DNA of 64,000 nt from Cyanobacteriota bacterium. GTDB lineage: Bacteria > Cyanobacteriota > Cyanobacteriia > Cyanobacteriales > Nostocaceae. Positions 31,850 to 43,060 of the stretch are shown in pieces (the first letter of the stretch is position 1; every line of letters begins with the position of its first letter). Location: the NCBI GenBank assembly GCA_046045965.1, contig JBJOKS010000018.1, positions 32,001 to 96,000 on the forward strand, in the 5' to 3' direction. A program made the translations under genes and the position numbers. The notes below the pieces were generated by a model. The model made no database searches and was not told the DNA's origin. It saw only the letters and a program-made list of their open reading frames with translations.

Positions 31850-33448
31850 CTATTCCCTAACTAATGCCAAATACTCATCATGGAAATAACGCAAAGTGCT
31901 AAAAACGGGATTTGGTGCAGACTGGCCTAAACCACATAAACTTGTGTGTTTCACCATGTCGCAAAGTTCTTCTAATAATTGCAAATCAGCTTTTGCTGCT
32001 TTTCCTTCACTAATCTTGGTTAATAAATCATGTAGTTGCACAGTTCCCACTCGACAAGGAATACATTTACCACAAGATTCATCCATGCAAAATTCCATGA
32101 AAAATCTCGCCACATCTACCATATTTGTGGTTTGATCCATCACAATCATCCCACCAGATCCCATCATTGAACCTAACGCGGTTAAGGATTCGTAATCTAC
32201 AGGTGTAGCAAATGCTGATGCTGGGATACATCCCCCGGAAGGTCCGCCTGTTTGTACTGCTTTAGCAATACCATCGGGAACTCCTCCCCCCATTTCTTCG
32301 ACAATTTGTTGTAAAGTTGTCCCCATTGGAACTTCAATTAAACCAGTGTTGCGGATTTTTCCAGCTAAAGCAAAAACCTTTGTACCTTTACTTTTTTCTG
32401 TGCCAATATTAGCAAACCAATCAGCACCATTTCTGATAATTGGGGCAATATTAGCAAAGGTTTCTACATTGTTAATTAAGGTTGGATAACCCCATAAACC
32501 TGATTCAGCCGGGTATGGTGGACGGGGATGAGGGACACCGCGTTTACCTTCAATAGAAGCCATTAACGCCGTTTCTTCACCGCAAACATAAGCCCCTGCA
32601 CCGATGCGAATTTCAATTTTAAAATCAAAAGGTGATTCAAAAATTTGTGAACCTAAAAGTCCTAAACGTTGGGCTTGACGAATTGCAGTTTCTAATCTTT
32701 TAATAGCAATCGGATATTCTGCCCTGACATAAATATAACCTTGAGTTGCACCGATGGCATAAGCTGCGATCGCCATTCCTTCTAACACTCGATGGGGATC
32801 ACTCTCCAACACACTCCGATCCATAAATGCACCGGGATCACCTTCATCAGCATTGCAAATTACAAACTTTTTCTCACCTTTTGATTTTGCTACTGTCGCC
32901 CATTTTAAACCGGTGGGATAACCAGCACCACCCCTTCCTCTTAACCCACTTTTAGTAATAGTTTCTACTACCTCAGTTGGTTTCATTTCTCTTAATACTT
33001 GGTAAAGGGCTTGATAACCATTTTCTACAATGTAAGATTGAATTCTTTCTGGGTCAACTTTACCACTGTTTTCTAACACAATCGGTAACTGACCAGTAAA
33101 AAATGGCTGCTGCAAATCTTGTTGTTTTAAATTCGTTTCTTCTCCTTGAATACTTGCAATAACTTTTGCGGCCTCCTCTGGGGTAACTTGTTCATAAAGT
33201 TTCGTTTCTTTGTTGTTTTCTTGATCCACTTGTACCAAAGGACCTTGACAACAAAGCCGCATACAACCCACACCAGAAACATGAATCTGATCTTCTAAAC
33301 CCGCAGCTTTTACAGATTTATCTAAATTATCTTTTACTGCTTGAGAACCGGAAGATAAACAACCCGCAGCTGTACAACAACGAATCTGCACAGGTTTCGC
33401 TTGAGAACGTTCAGTTCTCGCAATTTCTAATAATTCATTTAGTTCCAT
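31850..33448 (-). CDS. hoxF: Diaphorase subunit HoxF (NuoF-like)
   Basis: [39 protein letters not shown]. Confidence 0.97.
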   Translation of the reverse strand: MELNELLEIARTERSQAKPVQIRCCTAAGCLSSGSQAVKDNLDKSVKAAGLEDQIHVSGVGCMRLCCQGPLVQVDQENNKETKLYEQVTPEEAAKVIASIQGEETNLKQQDLQQPFFTGQLPIVLENSGKVDPERIQSYIVENGYQALYQVLREMKPTEVVETITKSGLRGRGGAGYPTGLKWATVAKSKGEKKFVICNADEGDPGAFMDRSVLESDPHRVLEGMAIAAYAIGATQGYIYVRAEYPIAIKRLETAIRQAQRLGLLGSQIFESPFDFKIEIRIGAGAYVCGEETALMASIEGKRGVPHPRPPYPAESGLWGYPTLINNVETFANIAPIIRNGADWFANIGTEKSKGTKVFALAGKIRNTGLIEVPMGTTLQQIVEEMGGGVPDGIAKAVQTGGPSGGCIPASAFATPVDYESLTALGSMMGSGGMIVMDQTTNMVDVARFFMEFCMDESCGKCIPCRVGTVQLHDLLTKISEGKAAKADLQLLEELCDMVKHTSLCGLGQSAPNPVFSTLRYFHDEYLALVRE

Positions 33449-33947
33449 TTTCCTGCCATTCTCCCACTTTTTCGCAAACTGATTCTGAGGTTTGATTTCC
33501 TAAAACTGCACCATCAAAAACTACCGCAGGTGCAATACCACAAGCACCCAAACACCTCGCTGTCATCAAGGAAATTTCCCCATCTGGGGTTGTTTCTCCA
33601 GCTTTAATATGAGTGGCTGTTTCTAAACTTTTTAAAATTTCTTGTGCGCCTTTCACATAACAAGCTGTACCCGTACAAACTACACAATTATGTTTACCTT
33701 TCGGTGCCAGGGAAAACAAATGATAGAAAGTGGCAACTCCATACACACGACTCGGTGGTAATTTCAATTGATGGGCAATGTACAATAATAAGTCTAACTC
33801 TAAATAACCGAATAATTCCGAAGCTCGATGGAGAATTTCAATTAGTGCATCTTGTTGATATTGATGACGTTTGATAGTTGCATCCAACATCTTCAAACGT
33901 TTATCACCACTGGGATGAGTAGATGGGGGTGAAACAGAAGTTTTCAT
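33435..33947 (-). CDS. hoxE: Diaphorase subunit HoxE (NuoE-like)
   Basis: [22 protein letters not shown]. Confidence 0.95.
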   Translation of the reverse strand: MKTSVSPPSTHPSGDKRLKMLDATIKRHQYQQDALIEILHRASELFGYLELDLLLYIAHQLKLPPSRVYGVATFYHLFSLAPKGKHNCVVCTGTACYVKGAQEILKSLETATHIKAGETTPDGEISLMTARCLGACGIAPAVVFDGAVLGNQTSESVCEKVGEWQENGTK

Positions 33948-33948
33948 G

Positions 33949-34032
33949 ATTGGTAATTGGTAATTGGTAATTGGTAATTGGTAATTGGTAATTGGTAATT
34001 GGTAATTGGTAATTGGTAATTGGTAATTGGTA
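33949..34032 (+). repeat. STRR heptamer (ATTGGTA)x12
   Basis: 12 copies abutting the hoxE start codon. Confidence 0.95.
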
Positions 34033-34049
34033 ATATTTAAAAATCTTCC

Positions 34050-34547
34050 CTATTCCCCATTCTCTATTCCCTCAAAATGGATAATATGCACAGAACAAGG
34101 GGCATGATGTAAAACATAATTGCTGACACTACCAATTAAAAATTCGGTGATACCAGAAAGTCCTCTTCTTCCAATCACAATCAAATCAGCATTCCATGTC
34201 TTAGCCATTTGGCAAATTATTTTACCGGGACTACCCACATTTTGCGTAAATTCTGTGTTAAGGTTTTCTGTATTGGCTTGGGCGCAGAATGCTTGTAACA
34301 TTTCCAAACCTTCGTTTTGATGGACTGCCAACTTTTGCAAGTACCTTTTCATACTGTCATCACCCCAGCCTGGATAATAATCCATCTGAGAAATAAGCAT
34401 CATATCAGGAATACCATCTTCATCTGGTGATAGAACGTGTAGTAGCATTAAGTTAGCTGATGTCAGCTTTGCTAAAGACAGGGCTTGTTCAAAAACTTGC
34501 TTACCCATGTCCGAACAATCCAATGCCACTAAAATTTTGTTAAACAT
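34050..34547 (-). CDS. Universal stress protein (first gene of hox operon)
   Basis: MFNKILVALD, DLIVIGRRG..IGSVSNYVLHHAPCSV. Confidence 0.92.
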   Translation of the reverse strand: MFNKILVALDCSDMGKQVFEQALSLAKLTSANLMLLHVLSPDEDGIPDMMLISQMDYYPGWGDDSMKRYLQKLAVHQNEGLEMLQAFCAQANTENLNTEFTQNVGSPGKIICQMAKTWNADLIVIGRRGLSGITEFLIGSVSNYVLHHAPCSVHIIHFEGIENGE

Positions 34548-34725
34548 AGATACCCTCATTTTAGCTCGCTCATGATTAACAATAGCTCTTTCTGTTGTAT
34601 GAATTCCTGTTTGGTAAAAATACGTTTATTTCATTTGGATTTCGTTACAATCATCTTCACAATTCGTTAATCTAAACACCTATCCTTGTACTTGGTTCTA
34701 CACTTATGCTTTATACGCCAACAAT

Positions 34726-34744
34726 TTGAGGAACTTGTGAGGAT
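34726..34744 (-). promoter_or_regulatory. Direct-repeat box copy 4 (faces usp-hox operon)
   Basis: Minus strand ATCCTCACAAGTTCCTCAA, 10 nt, then TATAAA. Confidence 0.85.
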
Positions 34745-34872
34745 AGATGATTGGTATAGCAGGAGTTAGGTGTCAGAATAAAGATAACTGTTCCCTATTT
34801 CTGGAGTTGTTTCATTTTTACTACCAATTTACTACCAATTTTTAAAACTACTAGATCAAGGAAGCTTTTAAA

Positions 34873-37800
34873 ATGAAAATTTTAGTGATCGAGGATGACG
34901 AGTTAAATGCCTATGCACTCACCGCCGTTCTCACTGACCAAAATTATGCGGTAGAAGTGGCGACTGATGGTGATGCAGCCTGGGATTTAGTTGAAACCTA
35001 CGATTATGATTTAATACTTTTAGATGTCATTCTACCTAAGCTAGATGGTATTAGTTTATGCCGGAAAATTCGTTACAGTGGTCGGCAAGTACCAATTTTA
35101 TTATTAACAGGATGTGATAGCTCTCATGATAAAGCTATTGGCTTAGATGCAGGTGCAGATGATTATGTAGTGAAACCTTTTGATCAAGAAGAGCTAGTAG
35201 CCCGTGTTAGGGCATTATTACGACGGGGTAGCATCACCTCAAAACCTGTATTAGAGTGGGGTAATTTACGATTAGATCCCAGTAGCTGTGAAGTCACATA
35301 TCACCAAAACCTCCTCTCACTCACCCCAAAAGAGTACGCTTTGTTAGAACTTTTGATGCGAAATAATCGCCGCGTATTTAGCTGTGGGATGATTTTAGAA
35401 CATCTTTGGTCCTATGAAGATACACCTGGAGAAGAAGCCGTTCGCACCCATATTAAAGGTTTACGCATGAAGCTCAAATCAGTGGGAGCGCCTCATGATT
35501 TAGTAGAAACAGTATATGGGATTGGTTATCGTCTCAAAGCTCAGGAAGAAGGGGAGCAAAACGCAGGGAGCAAGGAGCAGGATACTAATTCAAAATCTCA
35601 GCAAACTCTGACTGCTATTGGGGAAATTTGGCAGCGATTTCGTGGTCGGATAGAGGAGCAAGTTAGCATTATAGAACAAGCTACACAACAAGTTTTAAAT
35701 CCAGTTTTAAATCCAGAATTGCTATCACAAGCTGCTAAAGAAGCCCACACATTAGCAGGTTCTTTAGGCACTTTTGGCTTGGCTTCAGGTTCAGAATTAG
35801 CTAAAAAAATTGAGAATTTATGGAAATCTCCTAAAAATTTAACTGCAACTGACATAAATAACCTACAAAATTGGGTCAAGTTACTGCGTCAAGAAATTGA
35901 TAGTAAAAATCAGAAAAATCCACACCCTACAATTAATAGCTATCAACAGTCTTTAGTTGTTGAGGAAGAATTAGACCAAACAACAACCAAAGCGAAAATA
36001 TTAGTAGTAGATGATGATCCACAAATTTTAGCATTATTACAAACATTCCTGACACCTTGGGGACTGGAGATTATTCCACTTAATGATCCTCTTCAATTTT
36101 GGGAAACTTGGCAAAAAGTAAAGCCAGATATGCTGATTCTGGATGTAGAAATGCCTGGTAAAAATGGGATTGAATTATGTCAACTGATCCGCAACGATCC
36201 CCAAGGAAGTGAGCTACCCATCTTGTTTCTCACAGTCCATAATGATGCAGAAATTGTGAATCAGGTGTTTAGCGCCGGTGCTGATGATTTTGTCAGCAAA
36301 CCCATTATCGGTTCGGAACTGGTAAACCGCATCATTAACCGATTAGAACGAGTGAAACTCTTGAGAAGAATGGCACAAACCCGAAATCAACAAATTCATG
36401 AACTGGAAAATCAAACTCGATTTATTCAAGAAAGTTATCACAATTTAGTAGAAGTTTATCCAGACGCAATTTTTATTATCAGTGACAATAATTTTGTGTT
36501 TGTAAACAGCGCCGCAGTCACACTTTTTGGTGTTACTTCAATAGCAGAATTATTAGGTAAACCATTTCTCGACTTTGTACATCCCAATTACCAAGCTGGA
36601 ATTAGGGAAAATCTCCAATACCTGAAAATAAATAAACAATCAATTCCCTTACATGAAGTTAAGTTTTTAAGGGTGGATGGGAGCGCCATTGATATAGAAA
36701 TTGTCGCAGCAGATATTATTTACCAAGGTCAACCAGCATCCCAAATTGTCGCTCGTGATATTACTCAACGCAAGCAAACAGAATTAGCACTAAATATAGC
36801 TAAGGACGAACTAGAATTAAGAGTTGTAGAACGCACTGCGGAGTTAATTACTGTTAATCATCAGTTGCAGTCTCAACTAGATGAACGACGACGTACACAG
36901 GAAGCTCTGCGAATTTCTCAAACTAGATTTGAAGGCATTTTGAGCATTGCTGATGATGCAATTATTTCTATTGATGGTAGTCAAATCATTACTTTATTTA
37001 ATCAAGGTGCAGAAAAGATTTTTGGTTATTCTGCTCAAGAAGTGCTAGGAGAAAAACTAGATTTACTATTACCGATGCGCTTTGCTGAACAACATCGCCA
37101 TCATGTATCTGATTTTGGTAAAACTTCTAGTCCTGCTCGCAGAATGGGGGAAAGACGGGAAATATATGGTCGCCGCAAAGATGGTACTGAATTTCCCTCT
37201 GAGGCTTCTATTTCTAAATTAGATGTTGGTGAAGAATGTGTTTATACAGTTATATTGCGAGATATAACTGAACGCAAACAAGTGGAGAAAATGAAAGATG
37301 AGTTTGTCTCTGTTGTCAGTCATGAACTGCGTACTCCCCTAACTTCAATTCATGGATCTTTAGGAATGTTAGCTAGTGGGTTGTTACCAACAAACTCAGA
37401 ACAAGGTAAACGCTTGCTACAAATTGCGACAGATAGCACTGAACGTTTGGTGAGGTTAATTAATGATATTCTCGACATTGAGCGCATCGAGTCGGGTCAG
37501 GTAAAAATGGAGCGCGAAAATTGCAATCTGGAGGATCTAATTAAGTCGGCTGTGAATATTATGCAGCCTCTGTCCAATAAAGCTGGAGTAAATTTATCTA
37601 TTTCTAATTTATCTGTACAACTCTGGGCTGATCCAGATCGAATTATCCAAACTTTGACTAATTTGTTGAGTAATGCCATTAAATTTTCTGCTTCTGGTTC
37701 TACGGTTTCATTGATGACGGAACTAAAAGAGAATGAGGTTTTAGTGATCGTCAAAGATACCGGCAGGGGAATACCCGCTGATAAGCTAGATAGTATTTTT

Positions 37801-38778
37801 GAAAGGTTTCAACAAGTTGATTCTTCAGATTCTCGCAACCACGAAGGTACTGGTTTAGGTTTGGCTATTTCTAAGAGCATTGTACAGCAGCACGGTGGAG
37901 AAATATGGGTAGAAAGTGAGTTAAACACAGGTAGTAATTTTTATTTTACCCTGCCAATTTGCGAGATTTTTCACAATGCTGAATCAGAAAATTCTGCGGA
38001 TGAAGAAATGCTAATTGCTAATCAGTATTCTCCTTTAGTTTTAGTTTGTGATGACGATGTTGTGATCCGCAATGAATTACAAAAATTGTTGGAACAAGGA
38101 GGATATCGGGTGATCACGGTAGATAGGGGTGAAGAAGCGATCGCTCAAGCAGTTTCTCAACATCCAGATGTGATTTTACTAGATTTACTCATGCCAGGTA
38201 TGAATGGCTGGGAAACAATGGCACTATTAAAAGAAAGCTCAGATACTCAGGATATACCTATTGTGATTTGTAGTGTCTACAAACCCAGTCAAAGTAATCC
38301 ATCAAATGCTGATTTTGTAGATTGGTTAAGTAAGCCAGTAGAAGAAAACTCTCTATTAAATTCCTTGAGAAAAGTGATATCTGAACCTTCTCGAAAAGCG
38401 AGAATTTTAATTGTTGAGGATGATAATGATCTGGCTGATTTATTAGCAACTTTGTTTGAGAGACATGATATTGAAACTTTCATCGCTAAAACTGGTAGGG
38501 AAGCTATTCATCTCAGTCAAAAAATCAATCCTGATTTACTAATTCTTGATTTAATTTTGCCTGAAAGTGATGGTTTTACAGTTGTGGATTGGTTAAAACA
38601 ACATAATCACCTTTTTAGTATTCCCGTGGTTGTTTATTCTGCTAAGGATTTGGATGATTCGGAACGCCATAGATTAAAATTAGGACATACAGAATTTTTG
38701 ACTAAAGGACGAGTTACTACCCAGGAATTTGAACAACGCGTGATGGATCTGCTCCAAAGAATGACTCAAAATCATTGA
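34873..38778 (+). CDS. Hybrid regulator: REC-OmpR wHTH-Hpt-REC-PAS-PAS-HisKA-HATPase-REC-REC
   Basis: D51 (LILLD), LTPKEYALLE/VRTHIKGLR/TVYGIGY wHTH, AHTLAGS Hpt (H292), FixL-like PAS, SHELRTPL (H817), GTGLGL. Confidence 0.9.
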   Translation: MKILVIEDDELNAYALTAVLTDQNYAVEVATDGDAAWDLVETYDYDLILLDVILPKLDGISLCRKIRYSGRQVPILLLTGCDSSHDKAIGLDAGADDYVVKPFDQEELVARVRALLRRGSITSKPVLEWGNLRLDPSSCEVTYHQNLLSLTPKEYALLELLMRNNRRVFSCGMILEHLWSYEDTPGEEAVRTHIKGLRMKLKSVGAPHDLVETVYGIGYRLKAQEEGEQNAGSKEQDTNSKSQQTLTAIGEIWQRFRGRIEEQVSIIEQATQQVLNPVLNPELLSQAAKEAHTLAGSLGTFGLASGSELAKKIENLWKSPKNLTATDINNLQNWVKLLRQEIDSKNQKNPHPTINSYQQSLVVEEELDQTTTKAKILVVDDDPQILALLQTFLTPWGLEIIPLNDPLQFWETWQKVKPDMLILDVEMPGKNGIELCQLIRNDPQGSELPILFLTVHNDAEIVNQVFSAGADDFVSKPIIGSELVNRIINRLERVKLLRRMAQTRNQQIHELENQTRFIQESYHNLVEVYPDAIFIISDNNFVFVNSAAVTLFGVTSIAELLGKPFLDFVHPNYQAGIRENLQYLKINKQSIPLHEVKFLRVDGSAIDIEIVAADIIYQGQPASQIVARDITQRKQTELALNIAKDELELRVVERTAELITVNHQLQSQLDERRRTQEALRISQTRFEGILSIADDAIISIDGSQIITLFNQGAEKIFGYSAQEVLGEKLDLLLPMRFAEQHRHHVSDFGKTSSPARRMGERREIYGRRKDGTEFPSEASISKLDVGEECVYTVILRDITERKQVEKMKDEFVSVVSHELRTPLTSIHGSLGMLASGLLPTNSEQGKRLLQIATDSTERLVRLINDILDIERIESGQVKMERENCNLEDLIKSAVNIMQPLSNKAGVNLSISNLSVQLWADPDRIIQTLTNLLSNAIKFSASGSTVSLMTELKENEVLVIVKDTGRGIPADKLDSIFERFQQVDSSDSRNHEGTGLGLAISKSIVQQHGGEIWVESELNTGSNFYFTLPICEIFHNAESENSADEEMLIANQYSPLVLVCDDDVVIRNELQKLLEQGGYRVITVDRGEEAIAQAVSQHPDVILLDLLMPGMNGWETMALLKESSDTQDIPIVICSVYKPSQSNPSNADFVDWLSKPVEENSLLNSLRKVISEPSRKARILIVEDDNDLADLLATLFERHDIETFIAKTGREAIHLSQKINPDLLILDLILPESDGFTVVDWLKQHNHLFSIPVVVYSAKDLDDSERHRLKLGHTEFLTKGRVTTQEFEQRVMDLLQRMTQNH

Positions 38779-38863
38779 ATAAGGCAGGAAGTAGATAATT
38801 AAAATGATGTTATAATCTACTTTTAATTATCTAAAATCTAAAATTTATCAGGAGATAGGAATA

Positions 38864-39250
38864 ATGACAAAAAAGCAAATTTTAGTAGTTGATAATGAGC
38901 CGTATATTCAAGAAATAGCTAAAATTTGTTTGGAAACTGTTGCCGGTTGGGAAGTGCTGACTGCTAGTTCTGGTCAAGAGGGAATAGTACAAGCAGAAAA
39001 TCATCAACCAGATGCGATTTTATTAGATGTAATGATGCCGGATATGGATGGAATTGCTGCTTTTGAAAATTTACAAGCAAATCCAAATACAAAAGAAATT
39101 CCGGTGATTTTGTTAACTGCAAAAATCCAAGTTGCTGACCGTCGTCGTTATGCTCAGTTGGGAATAAAAAGTGCGATCGCTAAACCATTTAATCCTCTAG
39201 AATTAGCAGGACAAGTAGCAGCAGCTTTGGGTTGGAATTTGGAAAATTAA
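38864..39250 (+). CDS. Single-domain CheY-like response regulator
   Basis: VVDNE, LLDVMMPDMDG, LTAK, KPF. Confidence 0.95.
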   Translation: MTKKQILVVDNEPYIQEIAKICLETVAGWEVLTASSGQEGIVQAENHQPDAILLDVMMPDMDGIAAFENLQANPNTKEIPVILLTAKIQVADRRRYAQLGIKSAIAKPFNPLELAGQVAAALGWNLEN

Positions 39251-39260
39251 ATGAAACTAA

Positions 39261-39291
<31 letters not shown>

Positions 39292-39312
39292 ATTCTGACT
39301 CCTGCTGTATAG

Positions 39313-40035
39313 TCATTCAGATAACGACATCGCGTGTAAATGCAATTCCTTTTCCTCAATTGGTGCTAGATAATATTTAAACCATTGACTCGCTAATCTT
39401 CCTACTTCCTCCATCGCACCAGGTTCACTAAACTTGTGACTAGCTTCAGGAATAATCTCTAGTTGTTTATGCTGGGTGGGAATTTCTGCGATCGCATCCT
39501 CGTTCATGGCCATTATCGCACAATCATTACCACCAACAATCAACAAAGTTGGAACTTGGATATAGCAAAGGCTTTCGCTTACCAAATCAGTATAACCACT
39601 ACGACAAACAATTGCTCCCACATTCATAGGACGAGCTAATGCAGCTAAAAATACTGCTCCACTACCTCTATTTACACCAAAGTAACCAACTTTTAAATCA
39701 CGAGTAACTGGATTTTCAAACAACCAGTCTGTGACGGTAATTAACCGCGAAGCCATAAACTTAATATCATGTCGAAAATGCTGAGTACGTTGATCAATTG
39801 CATCTTCCTCTTCAGTCAATAAATCAATTAATATAGTTGCTAATCCTTCCTGCTGACGCAACAAATGGGCTAAATAATGATTGCGGGTACTATAGCGGCT
39901 GCTACCACTACAATGGGCAAATACAACTATTCCCTTAGCTTCTGGGGGTACAACTAATTCTCCTTTGAGTCGCAGCATTCCTAGCTCAATGCTAACTATT
40001 TGTTCTAAAATATTCCAAGATTGTTTATTATTCAT
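39313..40035 (-). CDS. Dienelactone hydrolase-like alpha/beta fold protein (degenerate active site)
   Basis: FAHCSGSSR.S.RN, DLLT.EE, PTLLIVGG.D, ASHKF. Confidence 0.8.
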   Translation of the reverse strand: MNNKQSWNILEQIVSIELGMLRLKGELVVPPEAKGIVVFAHCSGSSRYSTRNHYLAHLLRQQEGLATILIDLLTEEEDAIDQRTQHFRHDIKFMASRLITVTDWLFENPVTRDLKVGYFGVNRGSGAVFLAALARPMNVGAIVCRSGYTDLVSESLCYIQVPTLLIVGGNDCAIMAMNEDAIAEIPTQHKQLEIIPEASHKFSEPGAMEEVGRLASQWFKYYLAPIEEKELHLHAMSLSE

Positions 40036-40118
40036 GGGTTTAACCTTTTAGGTAATAGGTAATAGGTAATCGGTAATCGGTAATCATCAATATCAAAAAG
40101 CAATTAAAAATCTAAAAT

Positions 40119-40769
40119 CTAAAATCTAAAATCTAAAATCTCCTGTACTTCTTCATCAGTAGTTTGGGAAAAATCTTCATACCACACACCAATAGCAGAC
40201 AGATTTTCTGGGGTTTGCAAACACACTATTTCATCTACTTCTGACTGCAATTGTTCGTAAGTGCTTGCCGGCGCAACTGGAACTGCAACAACAATTTTTT
40301 TAGGTTTTTGTTGTTTAAGAATAGCAATAGCAGCACGCATGGTTGAACCAGTAGCAATACCATCATCTATCAAAATTACTATTTTATCTTTGACGTTTAT
40401 AGGTGGAGCATTCCCCCGATAAGTGCGATCGCGTCGCTGTAATTCTTGCAATTCCTCAGCAGCAACTATCTGAATAGCTTCTCTATCAATTCCCAAAGTG
40501 TTGATCACATTGTAATTTAGTACCCCTATTCCCCCAGAAGCGATCGCCCCCATTGCTAATTCTTTCTGTCCAGGTACACCGAGTTTTCTGACTATACAGA
40601 TATCTAAAGGCGCATTTAAAGCTTTGGCTACTTCAAACGCAACCGGCACACCCCCACGAGGCAAACCTAATACCAACAAGTTTTCTTGGTTAGTATAATC
40701 TCTGAGATGGTGAACTAACATTTGTCCTGCTTCCGTGCGGTTACGAAATCTCAACACCATCACTATCAC
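40119..40769 (-). CDS. Phosphoribosyltransferase family protein
   Basis: FRNRTEAG, GLPRGGVPVA, LIDDGIATGST, WYEDFSQTTD. Confidence 0.92.
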   Translation of the reverse strand: MIVMVLRFRNRTEAGQMLVHHLRDYTNQENLLVLGLPRGGVPVAFEVAKALNAPLDICIVRKLGVPGQKELAMGAIASGGIGVLNYNVINTLGIDREAIQIVAAEELQELQRRDRTYRGNAPPINVKDKIVILIDDGIATGSTMRAAIAILKQQKPKKIVVAVPVAPASTYEQLQSEVDEIVCLQTPENLSAIGVWYEDFSQTTDEEVQEILDFRF

Positions 40770-41012
40770 CTCCTGGTACTAATTTTAGATTTTAGATTTT
40801 AGATTTTTAGATTTAAAATTACTGTTTTATCTTGATAATTCACTATTACCCATTACCAGCATAAACAGATGTTATAACTATTCAAACGTACATAATACAA
40901 GAATTCAAAATACAGAACCCATCATCATACTCAAGCATAATTTCACTATCATGATTATTATTTTTTATAAACTCTCGAATCTGTTAATTGAATTCCTGAT
41001 TTTACAAATATT

Positions 41013-41051
<39 letters not shown>

Positions 41052-41213
41052 ATTCTTACAACAAAATTACAATAATTATTAAAATCCATCTGATGAGTTA
41101 TTATTGCTGCATATTTTCAAAAAATTGATTAATATGGCCAATATAGCCCAAGCCATGTCAGATAAAAACCACAATAGGTATAGATTTGAGATACTCCCCA
41201 AGGAATATGAACT

Positions 41214-41741
41214 ATGTTTAACAAAATTTTAGTTGCTCTCGACAACTCTGCCAGCAGTCAGTATATTTTTGAGCAAGCCCTATTTTTAGCCAAAGCCAGT
41301 GAGGCAGAAATGATGTTGCTTCACGTTTTATCTCCTTTAGAAGATCCTTATATCAACCCGATATTTTTGCAGCCAGAAACTATATATCCCACCTTGCACA
41401 CTGAAACCATTAATCAATATTTGCAAGCTTGGGATCAACTCAAGCAAGATAGACTAGATTGGATGCGATCGCTAACTCAAACAGCAGTTAATACAGGTGT
41501 CAAAACTGAATTTACTCAAACTGTAGGTGATGCAGGCCGCATTATCTGTGAAATAGCTTTAAGTTGCCCAGCTGACTTAATTATAGTCGGTCGCAGGGGA
41601 CGTACTGGTATCAGTGAAGTTTTTTTAGGCAGCGTTAGCAACTACGTTTTACATCATGCTCATTGTTCAGTTCTCACCATCCAAGGCTTAATTCCCCTCA
41701 TCACACCAAACACCGAAACCACCCAAGTAGCTTCCACGTAA
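41214..41741 (+). CDS. Universal stress protein
   Basis: MFNKILVALD, GRRG..LGSVSNYVLHHA. Confidence 0.92.
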   Translation: MFNKILVALDNSASSQYIFEQALFLAKASEAEMMLLHVLSPLEDPYINPIFLQPETIYPTLHTETINQYLQAWDQLKQDRLDWMRSLTQTAVNTGVKTEFTQTVGDAGRIICEIALSCPADLIIVGRRGRTGISEVFLGSVSNYVLHHAHCSVLTIQGLIPLITPNTETTQVAST

Positions 41742-41963
41742 AAAGATCACAATTTTTTAATTTTTAATAAATGCACATAGAGACAAAATGAGGAATTTAC
41801 GTCTGTAGGCAATAAACCGCCATTGGACTTAGTTACAGCAAGAAGCAAACTTCAAAATGCTCTATTTGTTGAGATAGGAGTGATTTGTATAACTTTTGTG
41901 TTGCACTATACTAGACATTAGCAATTTATCAAAGACATCCAAATTTAAAATCTCGAGGTATCA

Positions 41964-42650
41964 ATGAATTTTACTAAACTTAACCAGAAAACAAACGAAT
42001 ATAAAGAACTTAAAGAAAAGCCACATTGGCAAGGGCCACCCGCAATCAAAAACACTGTCAAAGGTCGAGATATCAAGCCACAAGAGACTATTAACGACAT
42101 GAGCATTGGAGATGATCTCAATCGCGGTAGAGTAGCCATTTTCATTGATGGCTTAAGCTTATTTCACGCTGCCTTGCAACTAGGCATTGAAATTGACTAT
42201 GTTAAACTACTTTGTCGTTTAACTCAAACCTCTCGTCTGTTACGCGCTTTCTTTTATACTGGAGTCGATGCCAGCAAAGAAAAACAACAAGGGTTTTTGC
42301 TGTGGATGCGTCGCAACGGCTATCGTGTAGTGACCAAAGATATACTTGCAGTTGCCGAAAATGGCAAAAAACCCAACCTTAATGTAGAAATTGCCGTTGA
42401 TATGATTACCCTAGCTCCCTACTATGATACGGCTGTATTAGTCAGTGGGGATGGAGATTTAGCCTATGCTGTCAATGCTGTCAGCAGCTTGGGATCTAGG
42501 GTGGAAGTAATTGGACTGCAAAGCATGACTAGTGATAGCCTGATTGATGTGGCGGATTACTTCGTTGATTTTGACAGTATTAAACAATACATTCAAAAAG
42601 ATGCTCAGGTCGGCTATACCTATCGTTCTTCGTCCAATTCCCAACTTTAA
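41964..42650 (+). CDS. NYN domain (LabA/DUF88-like) protein
   Basis: AIFIDG, LLRAFFYTG, LVSGDGD, ADYFVD. Confidence 0.88.
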   Translation: MNFTKLNQKTNEYKELKEKPHWQGPPAIKNTVKGRDIKPQETINDMSIGDDLNRGRVAIFIDGLSLFHAALQLGIEIDYVKLLCRLTQTSRLLRAFFYTGVDASKEKQQGFLLWMRRNGYRVVTKDILAVAENGKKPNLNVEIAVDMITLAPYYDTAVLVSGDGDLAYAVNAVSSLGSRVEVIGLQSMTSDSLIDVADYFVDFDSIKQYIQKDAQVGYTYRSSSNSQL

Positions 42651-43060
42651 CTTTAAATTCCCATTTAAGTTAGTAATTGCTCCTGGTTTTTAATGTAAAT
42701 ATCTTTACCGCCATTGAGTCTTTTCTCAACTGCCTGATTCTACTACATCAATGTAGAATGTAGTAAATGCTGCATTTTATTTGCCACTTTTTTAGATGTG
42801 TGCTATACCAAGGTGAGAATAGCTAATTAACATCTCACTGTATAATTACTATCCTCATCAGCAAAAATTTAAGTCCAGTACAATTATTGCTTAAGGTGCT
42901 TTGAGTATGGGATTTAAATTGATTGAATTGATAAATGTATAGTTAGTATCAAAGTTATTCAAGATCAAAGTCTGTTTACAAACACATCCATTTCCACCCC
43001 ACAAACTATACTAAGAACTTTAATAGAACAATCCTTGCTGGAGATCACATAATCTAAGGA

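Noticed and set aside
34688..34699. Possible LexA box upstream of hox (GTAC-ttg-GTTC)
   Set aside because: Spacer one base shorter than the RGTAC-N4-GTWC consensus
41789..41796. TGAGGAAT half-site after the second USP
   Set aside because: Only one half-repeat and no correctly spaced -10
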